A stretch of DNA of 64,000 bases from an uncultured Alphaproteobacteria bacterium (GCA_958295695.1 OY282363.1:1113156-1177155); one strand, 5' to 3'. Positions 18,364 to 27,302 are shown, numbered from the stretch's first letter. Translations and numbers: made by a program. Notes: generated by a model from the letters alone, not told the origin.

Positions 18364-19503
18364 ATGGCGCATACGTTCGAGCGGGTTCCCCTGATGGCGC
18401 CCGGCCCCGGAACCGAGCGGTTCCTCGCGGCGCACCGCTTCGGAACGCCGGGCGCGCGGCCCAAGCTCTACTTCCACGCCGCGCTCCACGCCGACGAGCT
18501 GCCGGGCGCGCTGGTCCTCAACCGGATGCTGGGCTGGCTGAAGGAGGCCGACGCCGAAGGCGGTCTCTCCGGCGAGGTCGTCGTCGCGCCCTGCGCCAAC
18601 CCGGTCGGACTTTCCAACCGCGTCATGGGCTACCATCTCGGACGCTACGACCTGGACGGCGACGGCAACTTCAACCGCTGGTATCCGGACCTGGGCCGGA
18701 CGGTGGGCGACAGGGTCGGCGACCGGCTGGGCGACGACGAGGCGGAGAACGGCCGCCTGATCCGGGAGGCCTACCGGGAGGCCATCGAGGCGTGGGAGGC
18801 CCACGGCGAGGCCGACACCCTGCGCAAGACGCTGATGGCGCTGTCGGCCGATTGCGACTTCGTGTTCGACCTGCACTGCCACGGCGAGGCGGTCCAGTAC
18901 ATCTACATGCCGGAGAACCACTGGGAGCGCTACGGCGATCTGGCCGCCGAGCTCGGCTGCCGGACGGCGCTGCTGTTTCCGACCGACGCCGGGACCACCT
19001 TCGACACCGCGCCGACGGTCGTCTGGCATCGGCTGCGCGAATGCTTCCCCGACCGGCCGATCGCGGAGCCGCCGTTCACGACCACCCTGGAGCTGCGCGG
19101 CCAGAACGACGTGGGCGACGACATCGCGCTGCGCGACGCGCGCGGCCTGTGGCGCTTCCTGCAGCGCCACGGGATCGTCGCGGGCGATCCCGGCGACCCG
19201 CCGGAGCTGTTGTGCGAGCCGACGCCGGTCTCGGGTTCCGACAATCTCGTGGCGACCCGCGCCGGCGTCCTGTCCTACCGCGTCGATGTGGGCGGCCGGG
19301 TCGAGGCCGGCGACGTGGTGGCCGACATCGTCGATCCGGCGGAGGCGGACTTCGACGCGGCGCGCACGCCGGTGAGGAGCCGGGCGACGGGCGTTCTCTA
19401 CGGCCGGTCGATGAGCCGTCTGGTGCGGCCGGGCCAGTCGTTCGCCGTGGTGTCCGGGCGCGAGGCGCTTCCGGCCGGCGACCCGCCCGCGATCGACTAC
19501 TGA
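18364..19503 (+). CDS. succinylglutamate desuccinylase/aspartoacylase (AstE/AspA) family deacylase, paralog 1
   Basis: 379 aa with the AstE_AspA N-terminal Zn-site pattern FHAALHADELPG and DLHCHGEA. This is the family that contains DoeB (N-acetyl-diaminobutyrate deacetylase). Confidence 0.75.
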   Translation: MAHTFERVPLMAPGPGTERFLAAHRFGTPGARPKLYFHAALHADELPGALVLNRMLGWLKEADAEGGLSGEVVVAPCANPVGLSNRVMGYHLGRYDLDGDGNFNRWYPDLGRTVGDRVGDRLGDDEAENGRLIREAYREAIEAWEAHGEADTLRKTLMALSADCDFVFDLHCHGEAVQYIYMPENHWERYGDLAAELGCRTALLFPTDAGTTFDTAPTVVWHRLRECFPDRPIAEPPFTTTLELRGQNDVGDDIALRDARGLWRFLQRHGIVAGDPGDPPELLCEPTPVSGSDNLVATRAGVLSYRVDVGGRVEAGDVVADIVDPAEADFDAARTPVRSRATGVLYGRSMSRLVRPGQSFAVVSGREALPAGDPPAIDY

Positions 19504-19510
19504 GGCCGCC

Positions 19511-20614
19511 GTGACGCACCGCAAGGAGCATATCGACCTGCCCGTGGCCAGCCTCGGCACCCGGCGCCGCCTCGTCGTGCACCGCTTCGGGACGCCGGGC
19601 GCGCGGCCCAAGGCCTACCTCCACGCCGCGCTGCACGCCCAGGAGCTTCCCGGCGTCGTGGTCCTGGACCGCCTCGTCGCGCGCCTCCGGGAGGCCGACG
19701 CGGCCGGATCGGTCGCGGGCGAGGTCGTGGTCGTCCCCTTCGCCAACCCGATCGGGCTGTCCCAGCAGATCATGATGGAGGCCCAGGGCCGCCACGACCT
19801 CGATACGGGCCGCAACTACAACCGCGGGTTCCCGGATCTTATCGACGAGGTCGCCGACGCGGTCGACGGCCGCCTCGCCGGCGACGGCGCCCGCAACGTC
19901 GCGTTGATCCGCGAGGCCATGGCGTCGGCGCTCGCCGCCCGCCGCGACGCGCGCGAGGCGGACGTCCTGAAGCTCACGCTCCTGCGCCTGTCCTGCGACG
20001 CGGACCTCGTCCTCGACCTCCATTCGGCCTGGGAGGCGCTGCTCCACCTCTTCGTCACCGACCTCAACTGGCCCGGGGCGTCCGACCTCGCTCGCCAGAT
20101 GGGCGCCGAGGCGGTGCTGGTCGACCGCGGCAACCGTATGATGACGTTCAAGTCGGCCCATGCGCTCCTGTGGAAAGAGCTCGCGGCGCGCTTCCCCGAC
20201 CGTCCGGTCCCGCCGGGCAGCCTCGCCGCCGTGGTCGAGCTACGCGGACAGCGCGACGTCGACGACCGCTTCACCAAGCCGGACGCGGACAACCTGTTCC
20301 GCTGGCTGCAACGCCGCGGCGCGGTCGCCGGCGACCCCGGACCCCTGCCGCCGCCAGCGTGCGAGCCGCGCTCGGCGGACGGGCTGCGCCGCCTCTTCGC
20401 GGCGGAAGGCGGCATCGTCATCTACCGCGGCGCGCTCGGCGACCGCGTCCGGGAAGGCCGGGCCTTCGCCCACATCCTCGATCCCGACACGGGCCGCCGC
20501 ACCGCCGTCTCCGCGCCCGCCGACGGCCTGCTCTACGCCCGCCGTAGCCACCGGTTCGCCCGGAAGGGCCAGTATTTCGCCGCCATCGCGGGCGACACGT
20601 TCGTCGAGGATTAG
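19511..20614 (+). CDS. succinylglutamate desuccinylase/aspartoacylase (AstE/AspA) family deacylase, paralog 2
   Basis: 367 aa, colinear with paralog 1 (LHAALHAQELPG, DLHSAWEA). Starts 8 bp after paralog 1, so a tandem pair. Confidence 0.75.
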   Translation: MTHRKEHIDLPVASLGTRRRLVVHRFGTPGARPKAYLHAALHAQELPGVVVLDRLVARLREADAAGSVAGEVVVVPFANPIGLSQQIMMEAQGRHDLDTGRNYNRGFPDLIDEVADAVDGRLAGDGARNVALIREAMASALAARRDAREADVLKLTLLRLSCDADLVLDLHSAWEALLHLFVTDLNWPGASDLARQMGAEAVLVDRGNRMMTFKSAHALLWKELAARFPDRPVPPGSLAAVVELRGQRDVDDRFTKPDADNLFRWLQRRGAVAGDPGPLPPPACEPRSADGLRRLFAAEGGIVIYRGALGDRVREGRAFAHILDPDTGRRTAVSAPADGLLYARRSHRFARKGQYFAAIAGDTFVED

Positions 20615-20746
20615 GACGGCGGCGAGGGAACCGTCCGCGGCCCGCCGGCATCGCCGATGGGGCCGCCCGGACGACTCCGATCCGGCTCTTCCCTTTCAGT
20701 TATCCGGTTTCTCTCTTTCAGTTATACGATCTCGTCCTTTCAATGA

Positions 20747-20794
20747 ATTGTCCTATCGTTTTGAACCGGGAGCGGCGACGGTCCTTGAGTCTGT
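20747..20794. repeat. ~48-bp dispersed intergenic repeat, copy B (core TTGAACCGGGAGCGGCG), also at 2607-2654
   Basis: A 17-nt perfect core plus matching flanks (about 38/48 identity) between two intergenic regions. Confidence 0.5.
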
Positions 20795-20964
20795 CGAGGG
20801 AGACCGGTCCCGATCCAAGCCAATAGGATGACGCTCTAAACGACAGTTTTTTCAAACGGTTAACGGTCCGGAACAGCGGCGGGACAGCTGGTCGAGTCCA
20901 GCGGGAAGGCCGGACATGCCCGCCGTCCGGGCGCGCGGCTTCCGCCTCGCCCGCGCGCCCTGGA

Positions 20965-22203
20965 TCAATCGCGCGCGATCTCACGGAGCGCGGCGATCAG
21001 GCGGTCGACCTCGGCCAGCGTGTTGTAGTGCGCGAGGGAGCAGCGGACGACGCCGTCCGCGGGATCGACGCCGACCGCGTCGAGGATGCGGGGCGCGTAG
21101 AAATGCCCCGCGCCGGCGGCGACGCCCCTGGCCTCCAGGAGCGCAGGGACATCCTGGCTCCTCACGCCCGCGACCGTGAAGCTGAAGGTCGGCGCGCGGC
21201 GGTCGCGGTCGGTCGCGGTCCGGCCGATAACGCGGATCTTCGGATGATCGGCCGCGAAGCCGAGGAAGCGGGCCGAGAGGCTTTCCTCGTGACGGGCGAT
21301 GATCCCGAACACCTGCCGCATGCGGCCGTGGAGGTCGTCGGCGGGCTCGTCCAGATGGTGCGCCGCGAGCGCCTCGAAATACTCGCCGACGCCGACGCAG
21401 CCGGCCGTGAGCTCGTGGTTCGGCGCGCCGGGGTTCATCTTGAGCGGCAGGTCGTCCTCGCCGTGGAAAAAGAAATACTGGCCTTTCGCCTTCAGCAGGT
21501 GTTCGCGCTTGCCGTACATCGCGCCCAGATGCGGCCCGTAGGTCTTGTAGAGGCTGAAGAGGTAGAAATCGACGTCGAGCGCCTTCACGTCGACGCTCGC
21601 GTGCGGCGCGAAGGCCACGCCGTCGACGCAGACCCGGCCCCCCGCGTCGTGGACCGTGGCGGCGATCTCGGCCACCGGGTTCGGGCCGCCCGTGATGTTG
21701 GAACAGTGCGAGAAGGCGACCAGGCGCGTCCTCTCCGAGAGCATCGCGCGCAGCGTCTCGGGCTCCAGCTCGGCGGTCTCCGGATCGACCCGCCATTCGC
21801 GCACCGCGACGCCGGACTCCGCGAGGCGGCGCCAATGGCCGTTGTTGGCTTCGTGATCGAGGTTGGTGACGATCACCTCGCCGCCCACGAGCTCGTCGCG
21901 CAGGGCCGCGGCAAGCGCGATCGCGTTGCGCGTCGTCGAAGGCCCGACGACCACCTCGTCGGGGTCCGCGTTGATCATGGCCGCCACCGTCTCGTGGCCC
22001 TTCCTCATGCGCGCCTCGGCCTCCCGCGCGATCGCCGCGTTGGCGCCGGGCTGCACATGGCATTCGGTCATGTAGTCCCGGACCCGGTCGATCACCGTGC
22101 GGGGCGCCAGGCTGCCGCCGGCGTTCTCCATGAAGGCCCAGCCGTCGTCGAGCGCCGGAAAGAAGGCGCGGACGAAATCGAGGTCGAGCGGCTTGTCCGG
22201 CAC
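20965..22203 (-). CDS. class V-fold PLP-dependent aminotransferase (cysteine desulfurase/isopenicillin-N-epimerase-like)
   Basis: 412 aa with a PLP-lysine context SLYKTYGPHLGAMYG and HCSNITG. Stop of the upstream decarboxylase gene is 4 bp before its start. Confidence 0.75.
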   Translation of the reverse strand: MPDKPLDLDFVRAFFPALDDGWAFMENAGGSLAPRTVIDRVRDYMTECHVQPGANAAIAREAEARMRKGHETVAAMINADPDEVVVGPSTTRNAIALAAALRDELVGGEVIVTNLDHEANNGHWRRLAESGVAVREWRVDPETAELEPETLRAMLSERTRLVAFSHCSNITGGPNPVAEIAATVHDAGGRVCVDGVAFAPHASVDVKALDVDFYLFSLYKTYGPHLGAMYGKREHLLKAKGQYFFFHGEDDLPLKMNPGAPNHELTAGCVGVGEYFEALAAHHLDEPADDLHGRMRQVFGIIARHEESLSARFLGFAADHPKIRVIGRTATDRDRRAPTFSFTVAGVRSQDVPALLEARGVAAGAGHFYAPRILDAVGVDPADGVVRCSLAHYNTLAEVDRLIAALREIARD

Positions 22204-22207
22204 GGCG

Positions 22208-23638
22208 CTACTCCCGGACGCGGGCGGCGTCGCCGAACCGGACGATCCTCTCGATCGTGCCGGCGAGGTCGTCGTCGCCGATGCGGGGATTGATGGTGCA
22301 GAAGCGCAGGCAGGTGCGCCCCTTGAGTTCCGTGGAGGTCACGAAGGCGAAACCGTCGTCGAGCAGGGCCGCGACGATCCCGCGCTGCAAACCGCTCGTT
22401 TCCGCCTCGTCGAGGCCGTCGCGCAGAAGACGGAAGGTCACGACGGCCAGCGTGGGCTCCGTGACGATCTCGAAGCGGCCGCTCGCGCGCATCATCGCCG
22501 CGGCGCGTTCCGCGGTGGCGATGCCGCGCCGGACGGCCCGCCGGAAGGCCGCCGCGCCGAACACCTTGAGCGAGAGCCACAGCTTGAAGGCGCGGAGCCC
22601 GCGCGAGAGCTGGAGGCCGCGCTCGGAGAAGTTCACCTCGCCGTCGCCTTCGGCGACATCCTGGAGATATTCGGGGCTGGCCGCGAAGGCATGGTTCAGC
22701 AGGCCCGGCTCGCGCACGAAGCAGATGCCGGCCTCGTAGGGCTGGAACAGCCACTTGTGGGGGTCGATCACCACGGAATCGCCGCGCTCCATGCCGGCAA
22801 GCAGCGCGCGGCCGTCCTCGACGAGGGCGGCGGCGGCGCCATAGGCGCCGTCGATATGGACCCACAGTCCGAACTCGTCCGCCAGATCGGCGATTCCGTG
22901 GAGGTCGTCGACCGCGCCGGTGTTGGTTGTTCCGGCGTTCGCGACGATGCAGAACGGCCTGAGGCCCGCCTCGCGGTCGCGCCCGACCGCCGCGCGCAGC
23001 CGGTCGAGGTCGATACGGTAGTCGTCGCCCGTGGCGACCGTGCGAAGCTGGTTCGCGCGGAAGCCCAGGATGCGCAGGGCGCGCGCCACGCAGCTGTGGG
23101 TCTGGTCCGCGCAGTAGGCCACGGCGCCGGTCATGTCGTCGCCCAGCTTGTGGTCCCGGGCGACGGCGAGCCCGATCATGTTGGCGACCGAGCCGCCGCT
23201 GGTGAAGACGCCGTCGGCGTGGCCCTCGAGGCCCGCGAGCTCCTTCACCCACTCGAGCGTCGTGAGCTCGCATTCGACCGGCCCCGGCGTCTCGCGCCAC
23301 ATGCTGGCCGCGGCGTTGTAGCCCGACGCGAGCGCGTCGGCGACCGCCGCGACATAGTTGGACGGTCCCGGCACGAAGGCCAGGAAGCGGGGATGCGCGA
23401 TCCGCCCCATCGCGCCGAAGACATGCCGGTCGGCGAAGGCGAGCGCCTCCCTCCAGTCCCCGGCGTCCTCGGGCAGCGGCTCGCGCAGGGCGCCGCGCAA
23501 GGTCGCGAGATCGGCGTCGACGGCCGCGGGCGTCCCGGTCATGGCCGACCAGTGCTCGACCAGCCTGTCGACCGCATGGTAGCCCAGCGCCCGCATTTCC
23601 TCGGGCGAGAGCTCGAGCCGCCCCGGGTCCCTGGTCAT
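22208..23638 (-). CDS. group II pyridoxal-dependent decarboxylase (DABA/glutamate/aromatic-amino-acid/CSAD family)
   Basis: 476 aa. PLP-Lys motif SVVIDPHKWLFQPYEAG and GGSVANMIGLAVAR are typical of Pyridoxal_deC. Confidence 0.8.
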   Translation of the reverse strand: MTRDPGRLELSPEEMRALGYHAVDRLVEHWSAMTGTPAAVDADLATLRGALREPLPEDAGDWREALAFADRHVFGAMGRIAHPRFLAFVPGPSNYVAAVADALASGYNAAASMWRETPGPVECELTTLEWVKELAGLEGHADGVFTSGGSVANMIGLAVARDHKLGDDMTGAVAYCADQTHSCVARALRILGFRANQLRTVATGDDYRIDLDRLRAAVGRDREAGLRPFCIVANAGTTNTGAVDDLHGIADLADEFGLWVHIDGAYGAAAALVEDGRALLAGMERGDSVVIDPHKWLFQPYEAGICFVREPGLLNHAFAASPEYLQDVAEGDGEVNFSERGLQLSRGLRAFKLWLSLKVFGAAAFRRAVRRGIATAERAAAMMRASGRFEIVTEPTLAVVTFRLLRDGLDEAETSGLQRGIVAALLDDGFAFVTSTELKGRTCLRFCTINPRIGDDDLAGTIERIVRFGDAARVRE

Positions 23639-23678
23639 GGTCCCGCGTAGCGCGGCGGCCGCGCCGGGGCAAGGGGCT

Positions 23679-24161
23679 TCAACGGGCCGGCGACGCCTCC
23701 GCCCCTCCCAGCCAACGGGCGAGCGCCTTGTCCGGATCGGCGAGGCGCTCGACCGAATCGTACCAGTGGGTTTGCCAGCCGCGCTCCGGGAGCCCGGCGA
23801 ACAGCATCAGGTTCAGGGGATAGACCTCGCTGTCGGTGCAGCGCCTGAAGTCGTCGCGAAAGAGGAAGACCGCTTTCCCCCAGGCGATCGCCATGCCGAG
23901 CTCCACCATGACTCCCTCGTCCGGCGGGCAGCCGTTGACGACCGCGAACAGGCCGTCCGCCTCGCGCACATCGCCGAGGTCGGCCTGCCCGATCCGGTAG
24001 GCCCAGCCGGAGCTCGCCCGGTCGATCTGGTTGTTGCGGGCGAACGGCTCCCATACCTCGGCGCCGATCGCTTCCAGGGCCGAGACGAGTTCCGCCAGCG
24101 GCCCGGCGCGCTGCTGCGTCGAAAACCCGTAGGGGTTCGCCAGATAAAGGGTCCTGGTCAT
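23679..24161 (-). CDS. nucleoside 2-deoxyribosyltransferase-fold protein (NDT/DNPH1/MilB-like putative N-glycosidase)
   Basis: 160 aa MTRTLYLANPYGFS...GLFAVVNGCPPDEGVMVELGMAIAWGKAVFLF, a Rossmann-like NDT-family pattern. It sits 40 bp upstream of the decarboxylase on the same strand. The track start is overextended. Confidence 0.6.
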   Translation of the reverse strand: MTRTLYLANPYGFSTQQRAGPLAELVSALEAIGAEVWEPFARNNQIDRASSGWAYRIGQADLGDVREADGLFAVVNGCPPDEGVMVELGMAIAWGKAVFLFRDDFRRCTDSEVYPLNLMLFAGLPERGWQTHWYDSVERLADPDKALARWLGGAEASPAR

Positions 24162-24330
24162 GTTCCCGCGCCTCGATTCCCGTCGGCACCCCCGACGGAC
24201 ATTCATACACGACCTTCGGGAGTTTATGAATCTGGATGGCGCGGCTCCGAACATTCGCGATCCGGCCCGGCGCGTCTGGCGACGCGGGCGGCCTCGTGCC
24301 ATGGTCCGCCCGGATCGGAGGGAGAACGCG

Positions 24331-24876
24331 ATGACCGCCGCCGCCGAAGGCCGCCTGACGCCGCTCGCGCCCGAAGAATGGGACGCTTCGCTGGCCGGTG
24401 TCCTGGCGGGCCTCGGGGGTCCGCTCAACATCCACGGCGTCATCGCGCGCAATCCGGCGCCGATGCGAAGCTACATCGGCCTGCGCGGCCACGTGGTGGC
24501 CAGTGGCTCGCTGAGCCCGCGCCAGCGGGAGCTCGTCATCCTCCGGGTCGCGCGCCTGACGGGCTGCGCCTGCGAGTGGGGCCACCATGTGGCGCGGGGC
24601 CGCGCCGCCGGGTTCGACGACCGCGAGATCGCGCGCATCCGGGACGGATCCGGGGGCTGGCCGGCCGACGAGGCGCTCCTGATCCAGGCGGTCGACGACA
24701 TGCTGTCCGGCTGGCGGATCTCGCCCGGCACATGGTCGGCCCTGTGCGCCGCGTTCGACGACAACCGGCTTCTCGACGCCTTCTTCACCGTTGGCGTCTA
24801 CGTCACCCTGTCGGCCATCCTGAACACGGCCGGGGCGCCGCGCGAGGACGGCTTCGCGGCGGAGGGCCTGGCGTGA
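24331..24876 (+). CDS. carboxymuconolactone decarboxylase (CMD/AhpD-like) family protein
   Basis: ~181 aa containing a CxxxH-like core (LTGCACEWGHHVARG) typical of the CMD family. Confidence 0.65.
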   Translation: MTAAAEGRLTPLAPEEWDASLAGVLAGLGGPLNIHGVIARNPAPMRSYIGLRGHVVASGSLSPRQRELVILRVARLTGCACEWGHHVARGRAAGFDDREIARIRDGSGGWPADEALLIQAVDDMLSGWRISPGTWSALCAAFDDNRLLDAFFTVGVYVTLSAILNTAGAPREDGFAAEGLA

Positions 24877-25241
24877 CCGCGACGATCGCCTTTCATCTGG
24901 CGGCGGCCCTGTCGGCGCTCGCGCTCGGCGCGGCCAATCTGGCGTTCGCCAAGGGCACGCCGCGCCATCGCCTCGTGGGCTGGATGTGGCTCGCGGCGAT
25001 GGCGTGCGTGACGCTGCCGTCGTTCGCGATCCGCGAGGTCGGCCAGGGGAGCTTCAGCTGGATCCACGGCCTCTCCGTCTGGACCCTCGTCAGCATGGCG
25101 GTCGCGGTCGCAGCCATCCGGCGCAACAGGGTCCGGCTGCATGCCGGGTTCATGGTCGGAACCATGGCGGGCGTCGTCGTCGCCGGCCTGTTCGCGCTCG
25201 CGCCCGGGCGGGAGATCAGCCGGATCCTGGGCTACGGCTGA
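24873..25241 (+). CDS. small integral membrane protein (DUF2306-like, 3-4 TM)
   Basis: GTG start overlapping the CMD stop (GTGA). ~122 aa, highly hydrophobic. Confidence 0.4.
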   Translation: MTATIAFHLAAALSALALGAANLAFAKGTPRHRLVGWMWLAAMACVTLPSFAIREVGQGSFSWIHGLSVWTLVSMAVAVAAIRRNRVRLHAGFMVGTMAGVVVAGLFALAPGREISRILGYG

Positions 25242-26048
25242 GCAGGCCGGCCGGCGATGCGGGCTCCGTCTCGCGCGGGTTTCCCGTCGACCAGGATGGC
25301 GTCGACCTTCCCGGGGTAGAAGCAGAGATAGCCGGCGATCCGGCGCGCCTCGTCGAGCGGTTCGGGATAGAACCAGACCGCGTTCTCGACGGTCGCGCCA
25401 CCGGCCCGCAGATGGTGGTGGCGCGCCCGGCCCTTGTAGGGACAGCCGGTGACGCGGTCGGACGGGAGCAGGGCGGCGGCCTTCACGTCCTCGCGCGGGA
25501 TGTAGTAGCGCGGCGGGAGGCCGGTCTCGAACAGGAAACGGGCGCGGGCCGTGCGGGCGACGGTCTCGCCGCCGACGATCACCTCGACCGGCCGGCCGCT
25601 CTCCAGGATATCGACGCGCACGAACGGGTCGCGGGCGTGGACGAAGACCTCCTCGTCCTCCTCGTACCAGCGGTCCATCCGGTCCCAGGCGAAGCCGAGC
25701 CAGCCGGCGAGGGCGGCGAACTCGTCGTAGGGCGTCTCGTAGCTCCAGACGGCGTTCTCCTCCGCCCGCCCGTCCGCGGCCAGCGTGTAGTAGCTGGCGT
25801 GGCCCTTGAACGGGCACCGGGTGCGGCGGTCCGTTCGCGTCATGAGGTCCATGTCGGCGTCGTCGCGCGGGATGTAGTAGAGCGCGATGTGGCCGGTCTC
25901 GCAGACCACCGCCGCGCGCGGTGTCGAACACGGCGCGTCCCCCGAAGACGGCGCGCACGCGCTTGGCGCATGGCGCGATGTCGACCCGGTAGTCCGGGCG
26001 GGCGGCGTATCCCGGCGCGCCGTTCCGTCGCGCTTCGGCGGTCGCCAT
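25232..26048 (-). pseudogene. tandem double DUF427 protein, disrupted by an apparent 1-nt frameshift near 25935 (or sequencing error)
   Basis: Frame B begins MATAEARRNG...VRAVFGGRAVFDTAR. Frame A continues AAVVCETGHIALYYIPRDD...CPFKGHASYYTL and a second copy ...YYIPREDV...CPYKGRARHHHL. Deleting one G in gcgcgcggcggtggtc restores a continuous two-domain ORF. Confidence 0.55.
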
Positions 26049-26294
26049 GGCTCCTCCTCCCCGTCGGTGCGGCGGCCATTATGCCCGGAGCGGGCCGCGG
26101 GCGACACGATCCGGGCCTAACCGGCTTTGCCGGAATCGCTCCGGGACCGCGATTGCGGCCCCGCCGGCTTGCCGGCGCCCGCTCAAGGCGCGGCCCACGG
26201 GGCCGCTTGCCGCGGGCGACGAGCAAGCCACGGCGTTTCCGTCTTCGACGGAAACGCTGTAGGTTCCGGCGGCTCGGGCGCGACGGGGAGAGAC

Positions 26295-27302
26295 ATGAGC
26301 GACGACGACATCGACCGGGGCGTGCCCGAGGCGCGCAAGCTGGCTTGGGGCGCGGTCTACAAGCCGCGCTATTCCGGCGTGGCGACCTTCATGCGCCAGG
26401 AGTTGAGGGAAGATCCGGACGCCTGGGACGGCGTCGAGGTCGGCCTGATCGGCGCGCCCTTCGACGGCGGCGTCACCAACCGCCCGGGCGCCCGCCACGG
26501 ACCGCGCGCCCTGCGCGACCAGTCGACGCTGATGGGGCGCGTCAACCACCAGACCGGAGTCAGGCCCTACGACTGGGCGGTCTCCGCCGACCTCGGCGAC
26601 GTCCCGATCGAAGGCGTCTACGAGCTCGACCGCGCGATCGACGACATCGAGGCGTTCTACGCCAAGGTCGTGGCGGCGGGCGTCGTACCGCTCACGGCCG
26701 GCGGCGACCATTCGATCACGCTGCCCATCATGCGCGCGATCTCGAAGCACCGGGGCGGGCCGGTCGGCATGGTTCATTTCGACGCCCACTGCGACACGGG
26801 CCCGGAGCTCTTCGGCCACAAGCACCACCACGGCGGGCCCTTCCGCTGCGCCGTGGAGGACGGCGCGCTCGATCCCCGGCGCACGATCCAGATCGGCATC
26901 CGCGGGCCCGCCGAGGCGCTGTGGGACTTCAGCTACGACTCGGGCATGACCGTGATCCACATCGAGGAGCTCTACGCCATGGGGCTCGACGCGGCGGTCG
27001 CCAGGGCGCGCGATGTCGTCGGCGCCGGGCCAACCTATGTCAGCTTCGATGTCGACGGCATGGATCCGGTCTATGCGCCCGGCACCGGCACGCCCGAGGT
27101 GGGCGGCTTCACCGCCTTCGAGGCCCAGAAGATGCTGCGCGGCCTGATGGGGCTCGACATCGTCGGCGGCGACGTGGTCGAGGTCTCCCCGCCCTTCGAC
27201 ACGGCCAACATCACCGCGCTCAACGGCGTCCAGATGATGTGGGAGATGCTCTGCCTGATGGCCGACAGGATCGGCCGGGAGAAAGGACGGATCGAGACCT
27301 GA
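26295..27302 (+). CDS. agmatinase/arginase-family ureohydrolase (agmatinase, guanidinobutyrase or guanidinopropionase-like)
   Basis: 335 aa with Mn-binding motifs GGDHSIT, DAHCDT, SFDVDGMDP. The product is predicted to be urea plus an amine. Confidence 0.8.
   Translation: MSDDDIDRGVPEARKLAWGAVYKPRYSGVATFMRQELREDPDAWDGVEVGLIGAPFDGGVTNRPGARHGPRALRDQSTLMGRVNHQTGVRPYDWAVSADLGDVPIEGVYELDRAIDDIEAFYAKVVAAGVVPLTAGGDHSITLPIMRAISKHRGGPVGMVHFDAHCDTGPELFGHKHHHGGPFRCAVEDGALDPRRTIQIGIRGPAEALWDFSYDSGMTVIHIEELYAMGLDAAVARARDVVGAGPTYVSFDVDGMDPVYAPGTGTPEVGGFTAFEAQKMLRGLMGLDIVGGDVVEVSPPFDTANITALNGVQMMWEMLCLMADRIGREKGRIET

Noticed and set aside
20680-20900. Possible small RNA or terminator in the moderately AT-rich convergent intergenic region
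   Set aside because: No stable hairpin followed by a U-tract could be discerned by eye. The only notable feature is the 48-bp dispersed repeat, which is reported separately.
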